In this document: positions 57,522 to 64,000 of the stretch, in pieces
How positions within the stretch are numbered: the stretch's first letter is position 1
Layout of the letters: every line of letters begins with the position of its first letter
Source: an uncultured Gammaproteobacteria bacterium
GTDB taxonomy: Bacteria; Patescibacteriota; Patescibacteriia; Patescibacteriales; UBA12465
NCBI GenBank assembly: GCA_964435515.1
Contig: CAYSZD010000005.1
Coordinates: 8,813 to 72,812, forward strand
Direction: 5' to 3'
Length of the DNA: 64,000 bases
Position numbers and translations under genes: made by a program
The notes under the pieces: generated by a model
Seen by the model: only the letters and a program-made list of their open reading frames with translations
What the model was told of the DNA's origin: nothing
Database searches by the model: none

Positions 57522-58313
57522 ATGAAATTCATCTTAGGAAAAAAAATGACAATGACCCAGATTTGGGATCATGATACAGTAATTGCTGTTACTCCAGTTT
57601 TAGCTGGTCCTTGCACTATTACTCAGGTTAAAACTCAGAAAGCTGATTCTTATTCTGCTTTACAAGTAGCTTTTGGTAATCGTAAGGCAAAAAATTTAAA
57701 AAAACCACAACAAGTAAAATATGCTAAAGCCGGTGTTTCTCCTATGTATGTAAGAGAAGTACGTCTTGTTGAGGATATGGAGGCTAATATTGGCGATCAA
57801 ATACAAGCCGATTCTTTTCAAGCCGGAGACACTGTTCAGGTTACAGGCACTTCTAAGGGTCGTGGATTTCAGGGTGTGGTAAAAAGACATGGTTTTCAAG
57901 GTGGTCGTAAAAGTCACGGTAATAAAGATCAGTTACGTATGCCTGGTTCAGTTGGCGCCAAGGGCCCAGCTCATATTTTTAAAGGCATGAAAATGGGTGG
58001 ACGTATGGGTAATGAAACAGTAACTGTGCAAAATCTTAAAATCGCTTCCGTTGATACAGAAAATAATATTATTTATATTCAGGGAGCAGTTCCTGGTGCT
58101 ACTAATTCCTTACTTCACATTAAAGGTGAAGGGGAAATGATTATTAAATCAGTTAATGAAGTAGTAGAAATAGCAGTTCCAGTAGTAGAAAAATCAGAGC
58201 CAGTAGTAGCGGAAGTTAAGGAAGAAATTAAAGAAGAAGTTAAAGAAGAAATAAAAGAAGAAGTAAAAGAAGAAGTAAAAGAAGAGGTAAAAGAGGCTGA
58301 AGTTAAAGCCTAA
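57522..58313 (+). CDS. rplC: Ribosomal protein L3 with repetitive acidic/lysine C-terminal extension
   Basis: MKFILGKKMTMTQIWD... core; tail (EEIKEEVK)n. Confidence 0.9.
   Translation: MKFILGKKMTMTQIWDHDTVIAVTPVLAGPCTITQVKTQKADSYSALQVAFGNRKAKNLKKPQQVKYAKAGVSPMYVREVRLVEDMEANIGDQIQADSFQAGDTVQVTGTSKGRGFQGVVKRHGFQGGRKSHGNKDQLRMPGSVGAKGPAHIFKGMKMGGRMGNETVTVQNLKIASVDTENNIIYIQGAVPGATNSLLHIKGEGEMIIKSVNEVVEIAVPVVEKSEPVVAEVKEEIKEEVKEEIKEEVKEEVKEEVKEAEVKA
58221..58295 (+). repeat. 15-nt tandem coding repeat (gaagaagtaaaagaa-like, 5 units) encoding EE(V/I)KE
   Basis: Direct tandem repeats visible in the sequence at the 3' end of rplC. Confidence 0.6.
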
Positions 58314-58336
58314 ATAAGTATCAATGTTTTAATTAT

Positions 58337-58987
58337 ATGTCTATTAAAGTTAAAGTATACAATCAAAGCGCTGCTCCTGTAAAAGATTTGGAGCTTTCTA
58401 AAGAAGTATTTGCCATGAAAGCTAATGCTGATCTTTTACACCAAGCGATTGTTACCCAACAAGCTAATGAGCGTCAGGTTTTGGCTCACACTAAAGATCG
58501 CAGTGAAGTAAGAGGTGGAGGTAAAAAACCTTGGAAACAAAAAGGTACTGGCCGTGCTCGAGTTGGTTCTAGTCGTTCTCCTATTTGGATTGGTGGTGGT
58601 GTTACTTTTGGCCCTACTAAAGATCGTAATTTTAGTAAAAAATTAAATAAAAAGATGAAGCAAAAGGCGATTATGATGGCTTTATCTGATAAATTAGAAC
58701 AATCCAGTTTAGTGGTTATAGATACTTTAGAAATGAAAGATTTTAAAACAAAACAATTCAATGCCTTACTTTCTGCTTTTGAAAAAGAAATTTTACCAGT
58801 TCGTCGTAATCTTTTGATTATTAACGAAACAAAAGATGCAAAGGTTTTTTATTCTGGTAGAAATTTAAAAGGAGTTGACATTATTAATCCAGAAAATATT
58901 AATATTGTTGATCTTTTATCCCATCGTCAAGTTATGCTTACCGAAGCTGGGGTTAAAGCAATTGAAAAACAATACGGAAAAAAATAA
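58337..58987 (+). CDS. rplD: Ribosomal protein L4
   Basis: 216 aa; conserved GGG(K/R)KPW.QKGTGRAR.GS motif. Confidence 0.9.
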   Translation: MSIKVKVYNQSAAPVKDLELSKEVFAMKANADLLHQAIVTQQANERQVLAHTKDRSEVRGGGKKPWKQKGTGRARVGSSRSPIWIGGGVTFGPTKDRNFSKKLNKKMKQKAIMMALSDKLEQSSLVVIDTLEMKDFKTKQFNALLSAFEKEILPVRRNLLIINETKDAKVFYSGRNLKGVDIINPENINIVDLLSHRQVMLTEAGVKAIEKQYGKK

Positions 58988-59034
58988 GTTTAATGGAGGC
59001 TTAGGATATATTTCTTAGCCCTTGAATTAATTAT

Positions 59035-59505
59035 ATGGCTTTATTTGGAGTAAAAAAAACTAAAGATGACAATGAAGATAGCAAAAAAAAGGAAGAGGTT
59101 AAAGATGTTGCTGTAAAAACTAAGGAAGAAAAGACTGATGTCAGTATGAAGGATTTATATGCTGAAGAAGGAGTGAAAAAGAGCACTAAATCAAAAAAAT
59201 TAGCTTCTAATTCTCGTTACGATGGTGCATTTAGAGTTTTGGTGAAACCATTGGTAACTGAGAAGGCAACTGATTTAAGTACTCATAATCAATATGTATT
59301 TGTTGTGTCAGATAAAGCTAATAAAATTGAGGTAGCTAAAGCTATTAATATTGTTTACGGCATTAAGCCAGTGAGTGTCAATATTATTTCAATGAAAGGT
59401 AAAGTAGTAACTCGCGGAAAGATTAAGGGTCAACGTAAAGATTGGAAAAAGGCTATTGTTACTTTAAAGAAGGGTGACAGCATTAAGATTTACGAAGGCG
59501 TTTAA
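59035..59505 (+). CDS. rplW: Ribosomal protein L23 with about 60-aa lysine-rich N-terminal extension
   Basis: Core [37 protein letters not shown]. Confidence 0.85.
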   Translation: MALFGVKKTKDDNEDSKKKEEVKDVAVKTKEEKTDVSMKDLYAEEGVKKSTKSKKLASNSRYDGAFRVLVKPLVTEKATDLSTHNQYVFVVSDKANKIEVAKAINIVYGIKPVSVNIISMKGKVVTRGKIKGQRKDWKKAIVTLKKGDSIKIYEGV

Positions 59506-59537
59506 AATTATTTATATACAAACAAGAAAGCACTTAT

Positions 59538-60374
59538 ATGGGTATCAAAAAAGTACAAGCTAATACTCCTGGAAGACGTCATGCAACTTTTGACGATTTT
59601 AAAGATATTACCAAAACAATTCCAGAAAAAAGATTGATTGTTATTAAGAAAAAAGCTAGTGGTCGTAATAGTCAGGGTAAAATTACCGTTCGTCATCGTG
59701 GCGGAGGCTCTAAGCGTTATATTAGAATGGTTGATTTTAAACGTGATAAATTTGATATTCCAGCTACTGTATCAGCTATTGAATATGATCCAAATCGTGG
59801 TGCTCGTTTAGCTTTATTAAATTATTCTGATGGAGAAAAAAGATATATTATTGCTCCTTTAGGTTTAAATGTAGGTGATAAGGTGGTAAGTTCAAAAAAT
59901 CTTGTTGATGTGAAAGTTGGTAATGCTATGCCTATTGCTCATATTCCAGCCGGCGTGGCTATTAGTAGTGTAGAATTAGAACCAGGTCAAGGAGCTAAGA
60001 TAGCTCGTGGTGCTGGTAATGCAGTTTTTGTCATGGGTGTTGAAGGTAAGTATGCTCAGTTAAAAATGCCTAGTGGTGAAATTCGTTTAGTAAAGAAAGA
60101 AGCTCTTTGTACTGTTGGTCAAGCTAGTAATCCAGATAAACGTCATATTACTTTAGGAAAAGCTGGTCGTAGTCGTCATTTAGGTATTCGTCCTACAGTT
60201 CGTGGTACAGCTATGAATCCAGTTGATCATCCTCATGGTGGTGGTGAAGGTAAACAGAGTATTGGTTTAAAGCATCCAAAGACTAAGTGGGGTAAACCAG
60301 CTTTAGGAGTAAAGACTAGACGTAAACATCCTTCAACTAAATTAATTATCAAACGTCGCGGTAAGAAGAAATAA
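59538..60374 (+). CDS. rplB: Ribosomal protein L2
   Basis: [19 protein letters not shown]; 278 aa. Confidence 0.95.
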   Translation: MGIKKVQANTPGRRHATFDDFKDITKTIPEKRLIVIKKKASGRNSQGKITVRHRGGGSKRYIRMVDFKRDKFDIPATVSAIEYDPNRGARLALLNYSDGEKRYIIAPLGLNVGDKVVSSKNLVDVKVGNAMPIAHIPAGVAISSVELEPGQGAKIARGAGNAVFVMGVEGKYAQLKMPSGEIRLVKKEALCTVGQASNPDKRHITLGKAGRSRHLGIRPTVRGTAMNPVDHPHGGGEGKQSIGLKHPKTKWGKPALGVKTRRKHPSTKLIIKRRGKKK

Positions 60375-60387
60375 TTTATAAAAGCAT

Positions 60388-60675
60388 ATGTCAAGAAGTT
60401 TAAAAAAGGGACCCTATATTAATCAACGCATTTTAAAAAAAGTGCTAGATTTAAAGCCTGGAGATAAAACTGTAATTAAAGTTTGGGATCGTGCTTGTAC
60501 GATAGTACCAGAGATGGTTGGTCATACTATTGGTGTTCATAACGGAAAAATACATTTTCCAGTATATATTGTTGAGAATATGGTAGGTCATCGTTTAGGA
60601 GAATTTGCCATGACTAAGAAATTTGTTTCTCATGGTGGTAAAATCGCTAAAGCTCAGGCAAAAGGCGCTAAATAA
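60388..60675 (+). CDS. rpsS: Ribosomal protein S19
   Basis: [12 protein letters not shown]...TIGVHNGK... Confidence 0.95.
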   Translation: MSRSLKKGPYINQRILKKVLDLKPGDKTVIKVWDRACTIVPEMVGHTIGVHNGKIHFPVYIVENMVGHRLGEFAMTKKFVSHGGKIAKAQAKGAK

Positions 60676-60728
60676 TCATAAAGCGAAGCTATTAATCATT
60701 TTTGATTATTTAGCGGCATGCAAACCTT

Positions 60729-61268
60729 ATGGAAATTAAAGCAAGTTTAAATCATTTAAGAATGTCTCCTCGCAAAGCGCGATTAGTATTAGATGTGGTG
60801 CGCAAATTACCGATAGACAAAGCTTTAGAGCAATTACAATTTATTAATAAATTGGCTGCTGAGCCGATTAAAAAATTAATTGAATCTGCTATTGCTAATG
60901 CAGAACATAATTTTAATTTAGATAAGAATAATCTTTTTATTAAAGAAATAAAAGCTGATGAGGGTTCAACAATTAAACGTTGGATGCCAAGAGCTCATGG
61001 ACGGGCTACTACTTTGCGCAAAAGATCTTGTCATATCCATTTAATTTTAGGAGAAATAGTTGAGAGCGGTAAAAAAGAGGCACGTAAAGTAAAAGTAGAA
61101 GCACCAGTTAAATTAGAACAGATTGCCGCTGAAGCAGAGAAACAGGCACAAGGTAAAAAGGTAAATACAAAAAATACAGCCACTAATGAAATTAAAACTA
61201 AGGGTGATTCTAAGACAAGTAAAGGTTTCACTAGTAAAACATTTAATCGTAAAGCGGGTAGTAAATAA
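60729..61268 (+). CDS. rplV: Ribosomal protein L22 with about 65-aa lysine-rich C-terminal extension
   Basis: Core LRMSPRKARLVLDVVRK...; 179 aa versus about 115 typical. Confidence 0.9.
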   Translation: MEIKASLNHLRMSPRKARLVLDVVRKLPIDKALEQLQFINKLAAEPIKKLIESAIANAEHNFNLDKNNLFIKEIKADEGSTIKRWMPRAHGRATTLRKRSCHIHLILGEIVESGKKEARKVKVEAPVKLEQIAAEAEKQAQGKKVNTKNTATNEIKTKGDSKTSKGFTSKTFNRKAGSK

Positions 61269-61300
61269 ATTTTTAGCAATTAATTACGCATTCTAATAGT

Positions 61301-61981
61301 ATGGGTAAAAAAGTAAATCCAAAAGTAATGCGCCTCGGCGTAACCAAAACCTGGCCTTCTATCTGGTTTGAAAGTGGGCAGAATTATATTAAGAATATCC
61401 AACAGGATATTGCTATTCGCAAACACTTAATCAAAACTATGCGTGAAGCTGGAATTGATAAGGTGGAAATTATCCGTAGTTTAAGTAAAATTACTATTGA
61501 TATTTGGACAGCTAAACCAGGTCTTATCATTGGTCGTGGTGGAACAGGTGTTGAAGATTTAAAGAAAAAATTACATGATCAATTTTTACGTAATTTTAGA
61601 ATGGGTGAAATTAATTTAAATATTAAAGAAGTTAGTCGTCCTCAATTAAGTGCACAGATAGCTGTACAAACTGCTATTTTGGAATTAGAAAAAAGAGTTC
61701 CTTTCCGTAAAGTAATGAAACAAATGATTGGTAGAGTAGAAAGAGGCGGTGCTTTGGGTGTAAAAGTTTCAGTTAGTGGTCGTTTAAACGGTTCTGAAAT
61801 CGCTCGTACTGAAAAATTGGTATCAGGTAAGGTGCCACTTCAAACTTTAAGAGCGGATATTGATTATGCTCGTGGTGCTGCTCATACTACTTATGGTACT
61901 ATAGGAATAAAAGTATGGATATATAAAGGAGAAGTATTTGAGAAAGATCAAGATAATAAAGGTGAATTAATTGCCGCCTAA
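61301..61981 (+). CDS. rpsC: Ribosomal protein S3
   Basis: MGKKVNPKVMRLGVTKTW... KH domain. Confidence 0.95.
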   Translation: MGKKVNPKVMRLGVTKTWPSIWFESGQNYIKNIQQDIAIRKHLIKTMREAGIDKVEIIRSLSKITIDIWTAKPGLIIGRGGTGVEDLKKKLHDQFLRNFRMGEINLNIKEVSRPQLSAQIAVQTAILELEKRVPFRKVMKQMIGRVERGGALGVKVSVSGRLNGSEIARTEKLVSGKVPLQTLRADIDYARGAAHTTYGTIGIKVWIYKGEVFEKDQDNKGELIAA

Positions 61982-62005
61982 TTTAAATAAGATTTTTATA
62001 CTGAT

Positions 62006-62410
62006 ATGTTAATGCCAAAGAAAACTAAATATCGCAAAGATCATAAACGTCGCCGAGGAGGCGTAGCTACTAGAATGACCGATGTCAGCTTTGGTAGTTT
62101 CGGTCTAAAAGCTATAACTGCTCATTGGGTTACTTCTAGACAAATTGAGGCTGCTCGTCGTGTTCTTACTCGTTATACAAAGAAGACTGGTAAGTTGTGG
62201 ATTAGAATTTTCCCTGATAAACCAGTAACCAATCATGGCGGTGAAATGCCTATGGGAAAGGGAAAAGGTGCGGTTGATCATTATGTAGCTATTATTAAAC
62301 CGGGAACTGTTATGTTTGAAATGGAAGGAATAGATGAAAAAACTGCTCAAGAAGCCATGATTTTAGCTTCACATAAATTACCAGTTAAGTGTAAGGTTGT
62401 TTCTAAATAA
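62006..62410 (+). CDS. rplP: Ribosomal protein L16
   Basis: MLMPKKTKYRK... aligns with E. coli MLQPKRTKFRK. Confidence 0.95.
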   Translation: MLMPKKTKYRKDHKRRRGGVATRMTDVSFGSFGLKAITAHWVTSRQIEAARRVLTRYTKKTGKLWIRIFPDKPVTNHGGEMPMGKGKGAVDHYVAIIKPGTVMFEMEGIDEKTAQEAMILASHKLPVKCKVVSK

Positions 62411-62443
62411 TTCTGGTGGTTGTAAATTATATAATTCAATAAT

Positions 62444-62629
62444 ATGGATATCAAAGAACTTACAAGCAAAAGCCCAGCCGATTTACAAAAATTATTGGCT
62501 AAATACCGTGAAGATATTAGGGAAATGCGTTTTAAAGATTCTAATCGCCAACTTAAAAATGTTCGCGAAATTAGAAAAAGTCGCGCTATTGTAGCGAGAA
62601 TACTTACTATTTTAAATAGTCAAGCTTAA
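62444..62629 (+). CDS. rpmC: Ribosomal protein L29
   Basis: 61 aa; MDIKELTSKSPADLQKLLAKYREDIREMRFK. Confidence 0.9.
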   Translation: MDIKELTSKSPADLQKLLAKYREDIREMRFKDSNRQLKNVREIRKSRAIVARILTILNSQA

Positions 62630-62639
62630 TTATAAAATT

Positions 62640-62915
62640 ATGCCAGTAAAAAAAGTTATTGAGGCTAAGGAGCCTGAAACAGCAAAAATTACTAAACGTT
62701 TTCAAGGCGTAGTCGTTGGTGTTAAGAATGATAAGACGATTTTAGTACGCGTGGAATCTGTTAAGTTAAATAAAAAATACAAGAAACGTTATTCTGTTAG
62801 TCGTAATTATCAAGTTCATGATGAAAAGAATGTTGCCGAGGAAGGACAAAAGGTTTCTTTTATAGAATGTCGCCCATTTAGTAAAACTAAGCGTTGGCGT
62901 TTAATTGCGAACTAA
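62640..62915 (+). CDS. rpsQ: Ribosomal protein S17
   Basis: FQGVVVGVKNDKTILVRVESVKLNKKYKKR... Confidence 0.9.
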   Translation: MPVKKVIEAKEPETAKITKRFQGVVVGVKNDKTILVRVESVKLNKKYKKRYSVSRNYQVHDEKNVAEEGQKVSFIECRPFSKTKRWRLIAN

Positions 62916-62967
62916 AGCCGCTTAATCCATCTTCTTTTTTTAAGTTGGTGGTATAAGTATTATTTAT

Positions 62968-63342
62968 ATGATTCAAGTACAGACAAGATTAAAAAGTGCC
63001 GATAATTCCGGTGCTAAAGAAATTCAATGCATCAGAGTGTTGGGTGGATACCGCAAGCGCTATGCTAGAGTGGGCGATGTTATCGTTGGTACTGTTAAAA
63101 GTGCCGCTCCTCATGCAGCTGTTAAAAAAAGTGATGTTGTAAGAGCAGTTATTGTTCGTACCAGCAAAGAGATTCGTCGCACTGATGGTTCTTATTTACG
63201 TTTTGATGATAATGCTTGTGTAGTTTTAGTCGATAAAGAGAAAAAGGATCCTAAAGGTAGTCGTATCTTTGGACCAGTAGCTAGAGAAGTGCGTCGAGCT
63301 GGTTTTGCTAAGATTGCTTCTTTGGCACCTGAAGTTTTATAA
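62968..63342 (+). CDS. rplN: Ribosomal protein L14
   Basis: [27 protein letters not shown]... Confidence 0.95.
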   Translation: MIQVQTRLKSADNSGAKEIQCIRVLGGYRKRYARVGDVIVGTVKSAAPHAAVKKSDVVRAVIVRTSKEIRRTDGSYLRFDDNACVVLVDKEKKDPKGSRIFGPVAREVRRAGFAKIASLAPEVL

Positions 63343-63354
63343 TCATTTGTTTAT

Positions 63355-63675
63355 ATGAATATTAAGAAAAATGACACAGTAAAAATGCTTAGCGGTAAAG
63401 ACCGTGGTAAAAGTGCTAAAGTACTTCAGGTTTTGCCTAAAGAAGAAAAGGTGAGCGTTGAAGGTTTAAATCTTTTAGTTAAGCATATGCGCCCTAATCG
63501 TGAAGGAGAAAAAGGTCAGAGAATAGAATTTCCTTCTTTTGTTCGAGCTAACAAGGTGGCCTTAATATGTCCTTCTTGTAATCGTCAAACTAGAGTGGCT
63601 AAAAAAGTGGTAACTAATGAAAAAGGTTCCAAAAAATATCGCGTCTGCAAAAAATGTCAGGCGGTAATTGAATAA
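63355..63675 (+). CDS. rplX: Ribosomal protein L24 with C-terminal CxxC...CxxC zinc-ribbon extension
   Basis: KOW motif (KKNDTVKMLSGKDRGKSAKVL) and C-terminal CPSCNRQ...CKKCQ. Confidence 0.9.
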   Translation: MNIKKNDTVKMLSGKDRGKSAKVLQVLPKEEKVSVEGLNLLVKHMRPNREGEKGQRIEFPSFVRANKVALICPSCNRQTRVAKKVVTNEKGSKKYRVCKKCQAVIE

Positions 63676-63685
63676 TTCCAATTTT

Positions 63686-64000
63686 ATGCGTTTAAAAGAA
63701 AAATATCAAAAAGAAATAGTGCCTAGCTTGAAGGAGAAATTCGCTTATAAGAATGTTGCTTTAGTGCCTAAATTGCAAAAGGTGGTTATTAATATTGGTT
63801 TTGGTAAATTAGCTAAAGAGAAAGAAAAAATTGCCGGCATTGAAGCAATCCTAACTAAAATAAGTGGTCAAAAGCCAATTATGACAAAGGCTAAGAAATC
63901 AATCTCTGCTTTTAAAGTTAGAGAAGGAATGGTGATTGGTGCAGCGACTACTTTAAGAGGCGAAAGAATGTATGATTTTGTAGAGAAATTGGTAAGTATA
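63686..64000 (+). CDS. rplE: Ribosomal protein L5, 3' end runs off the window
   Basis: MRLKEKYQKEIVPSLKEKFAYKNVALVPKLQKVVINIG... Confidence 0.9.
   Translation, partial: MRLKEKYQKEIVPSLKEKFAYKNVALVPKLQKVVINIGFGKLAKEKEKIAGIEAILTKISGQKPIMTKAKKSISAFKVREGMVIGAATTLRGERMYDFVEKLVSI

Noticed and set aside
976-62350. Short antisense or alternate-frame ORFs in the track that sit entirely inside conserved genes. On the - strand: 976..1206, 2320..2613, 7234..7437, 10481..10696, 14074..14298, 14761..15042, 16610..16894, 19400..19591, 22599..22931, 24869..25096, 26176..26394, 30458..30649, 40179..40442, 40776..41066, 44349..44555, 47229..47429, 47630..48019, 53120..53308, 54927..55172, 57696..57917, 58486..58761, 59508..59696, 61031..61279, 62105..62350. 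On the + strand: 27931..28236 and 38763..39080.
   Set aside because: Each sits entirely within a well-supported conserved gene on the other strand or frame, has no motif, and has AT-rich low-complexity translations. These are typical spurious ORFs in AT-rich DNA.
62397-62594. 65-aa + strand ORF overlapping rplP/rpmC in another frame
   Set aside because: L29 (62444..62629) is clearly the real gene here; the overlapping ORF has no homology signal.
1-64000. Alternative genetic code (UGA=Gly code 25 or UGA=Trp code 4)
   Set aside because: All conserved proteins are full length under standard stops, so no in-frame TGA is being read through, and an intact RF2 gene is present. TGA avoidance is reported as a finding instead.
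1-64000. tRNA, rRNA, CRISPR arrays, transposases
   Set aside because: I scanned every intergenic gap larger than 40 nt and found no cloverleaf-like GTTC(G/A)A T-arm motifs, no repeat-spacer periodicity, no rRNA-like conserved blocks and no transposase or integrase-like ORFs.

Overview
This is a low-GC (roughly one-third G+C by eye), very gene-dense bacterial chromosomal segment. Almost all genes lie on the + strand; one block (27.6-32.5 kb) and one gene (rpmB) are on the - strand. Coding is standard (code 11). Small proteins, ribosomal-protein terminal extensions, a type-2 (eukaryote-like) IleRS, a short AlaRS and an rpoA without its C-terminal domain point to a small-genome, probably Patescibacteria/CPR-like organism (inference).

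Gene content, in order:
- Class I ribonucleotide reductase with the ATP-cone on the beta subunit and a short alpha subunit.
- secA and pepE-like, then a three-gene non-housekeeping insert: a BRO-N/DinD-like protein, a protein with kinase-fold-like motifs, and a charged coiled-coil protein.
- ileS, lemA, an SPFH protein, htpX, ruvA, proS, mreBCD.
- A surface-glycan cluster: pfkB kinase, RmlC-like cupin, HIT, rmlB, an orphan response regulator, a second mreB paralog, three GT4 glycosyltransferases, a subtilase fused to FG-GAP repeats, a UXS-like SDR, and a GT2 with a DUF2304-like partner.
- A catalytically degenerate PilB/GspE-like ATPase immediately upstream of the GT2.
- dcw genes (mraY, ftsW, murG, murC), an ABC exporter, murB, alaS.
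- infA-rpmJ-rpsM-rpsK-rpsD-rpoA-rplQ-rplM-rpsI, then prfB, comEC, rpmB (- strand), an S2P protease.
- The str operon (rpsL, rpsG, fusA, two inserted hypotheticals, tuf) and the S10/spc operon from rpsJ to a partial rplE.

I found no tRNA, rRNA, CRISPR array or mobile element.

Observations beyond the gene map:
- TGA is never used as a stop in about 88 CDS and never occurs in-frame, yet prfB (RF2) is intact and has no frameshift site.
- Two unknown genes sit between fusA and tuf.
- A PilB-like pseudo-ATPase appears to be co-transcribed with a GT2.
- A membrane ORF at 30294..30728 is a GC-rich compositional outlier.
- rpoA lacks the alpha-CTD.
- Several structured intergenic elements were found, including a terminator-like hairpin between rpsJ and rplC.
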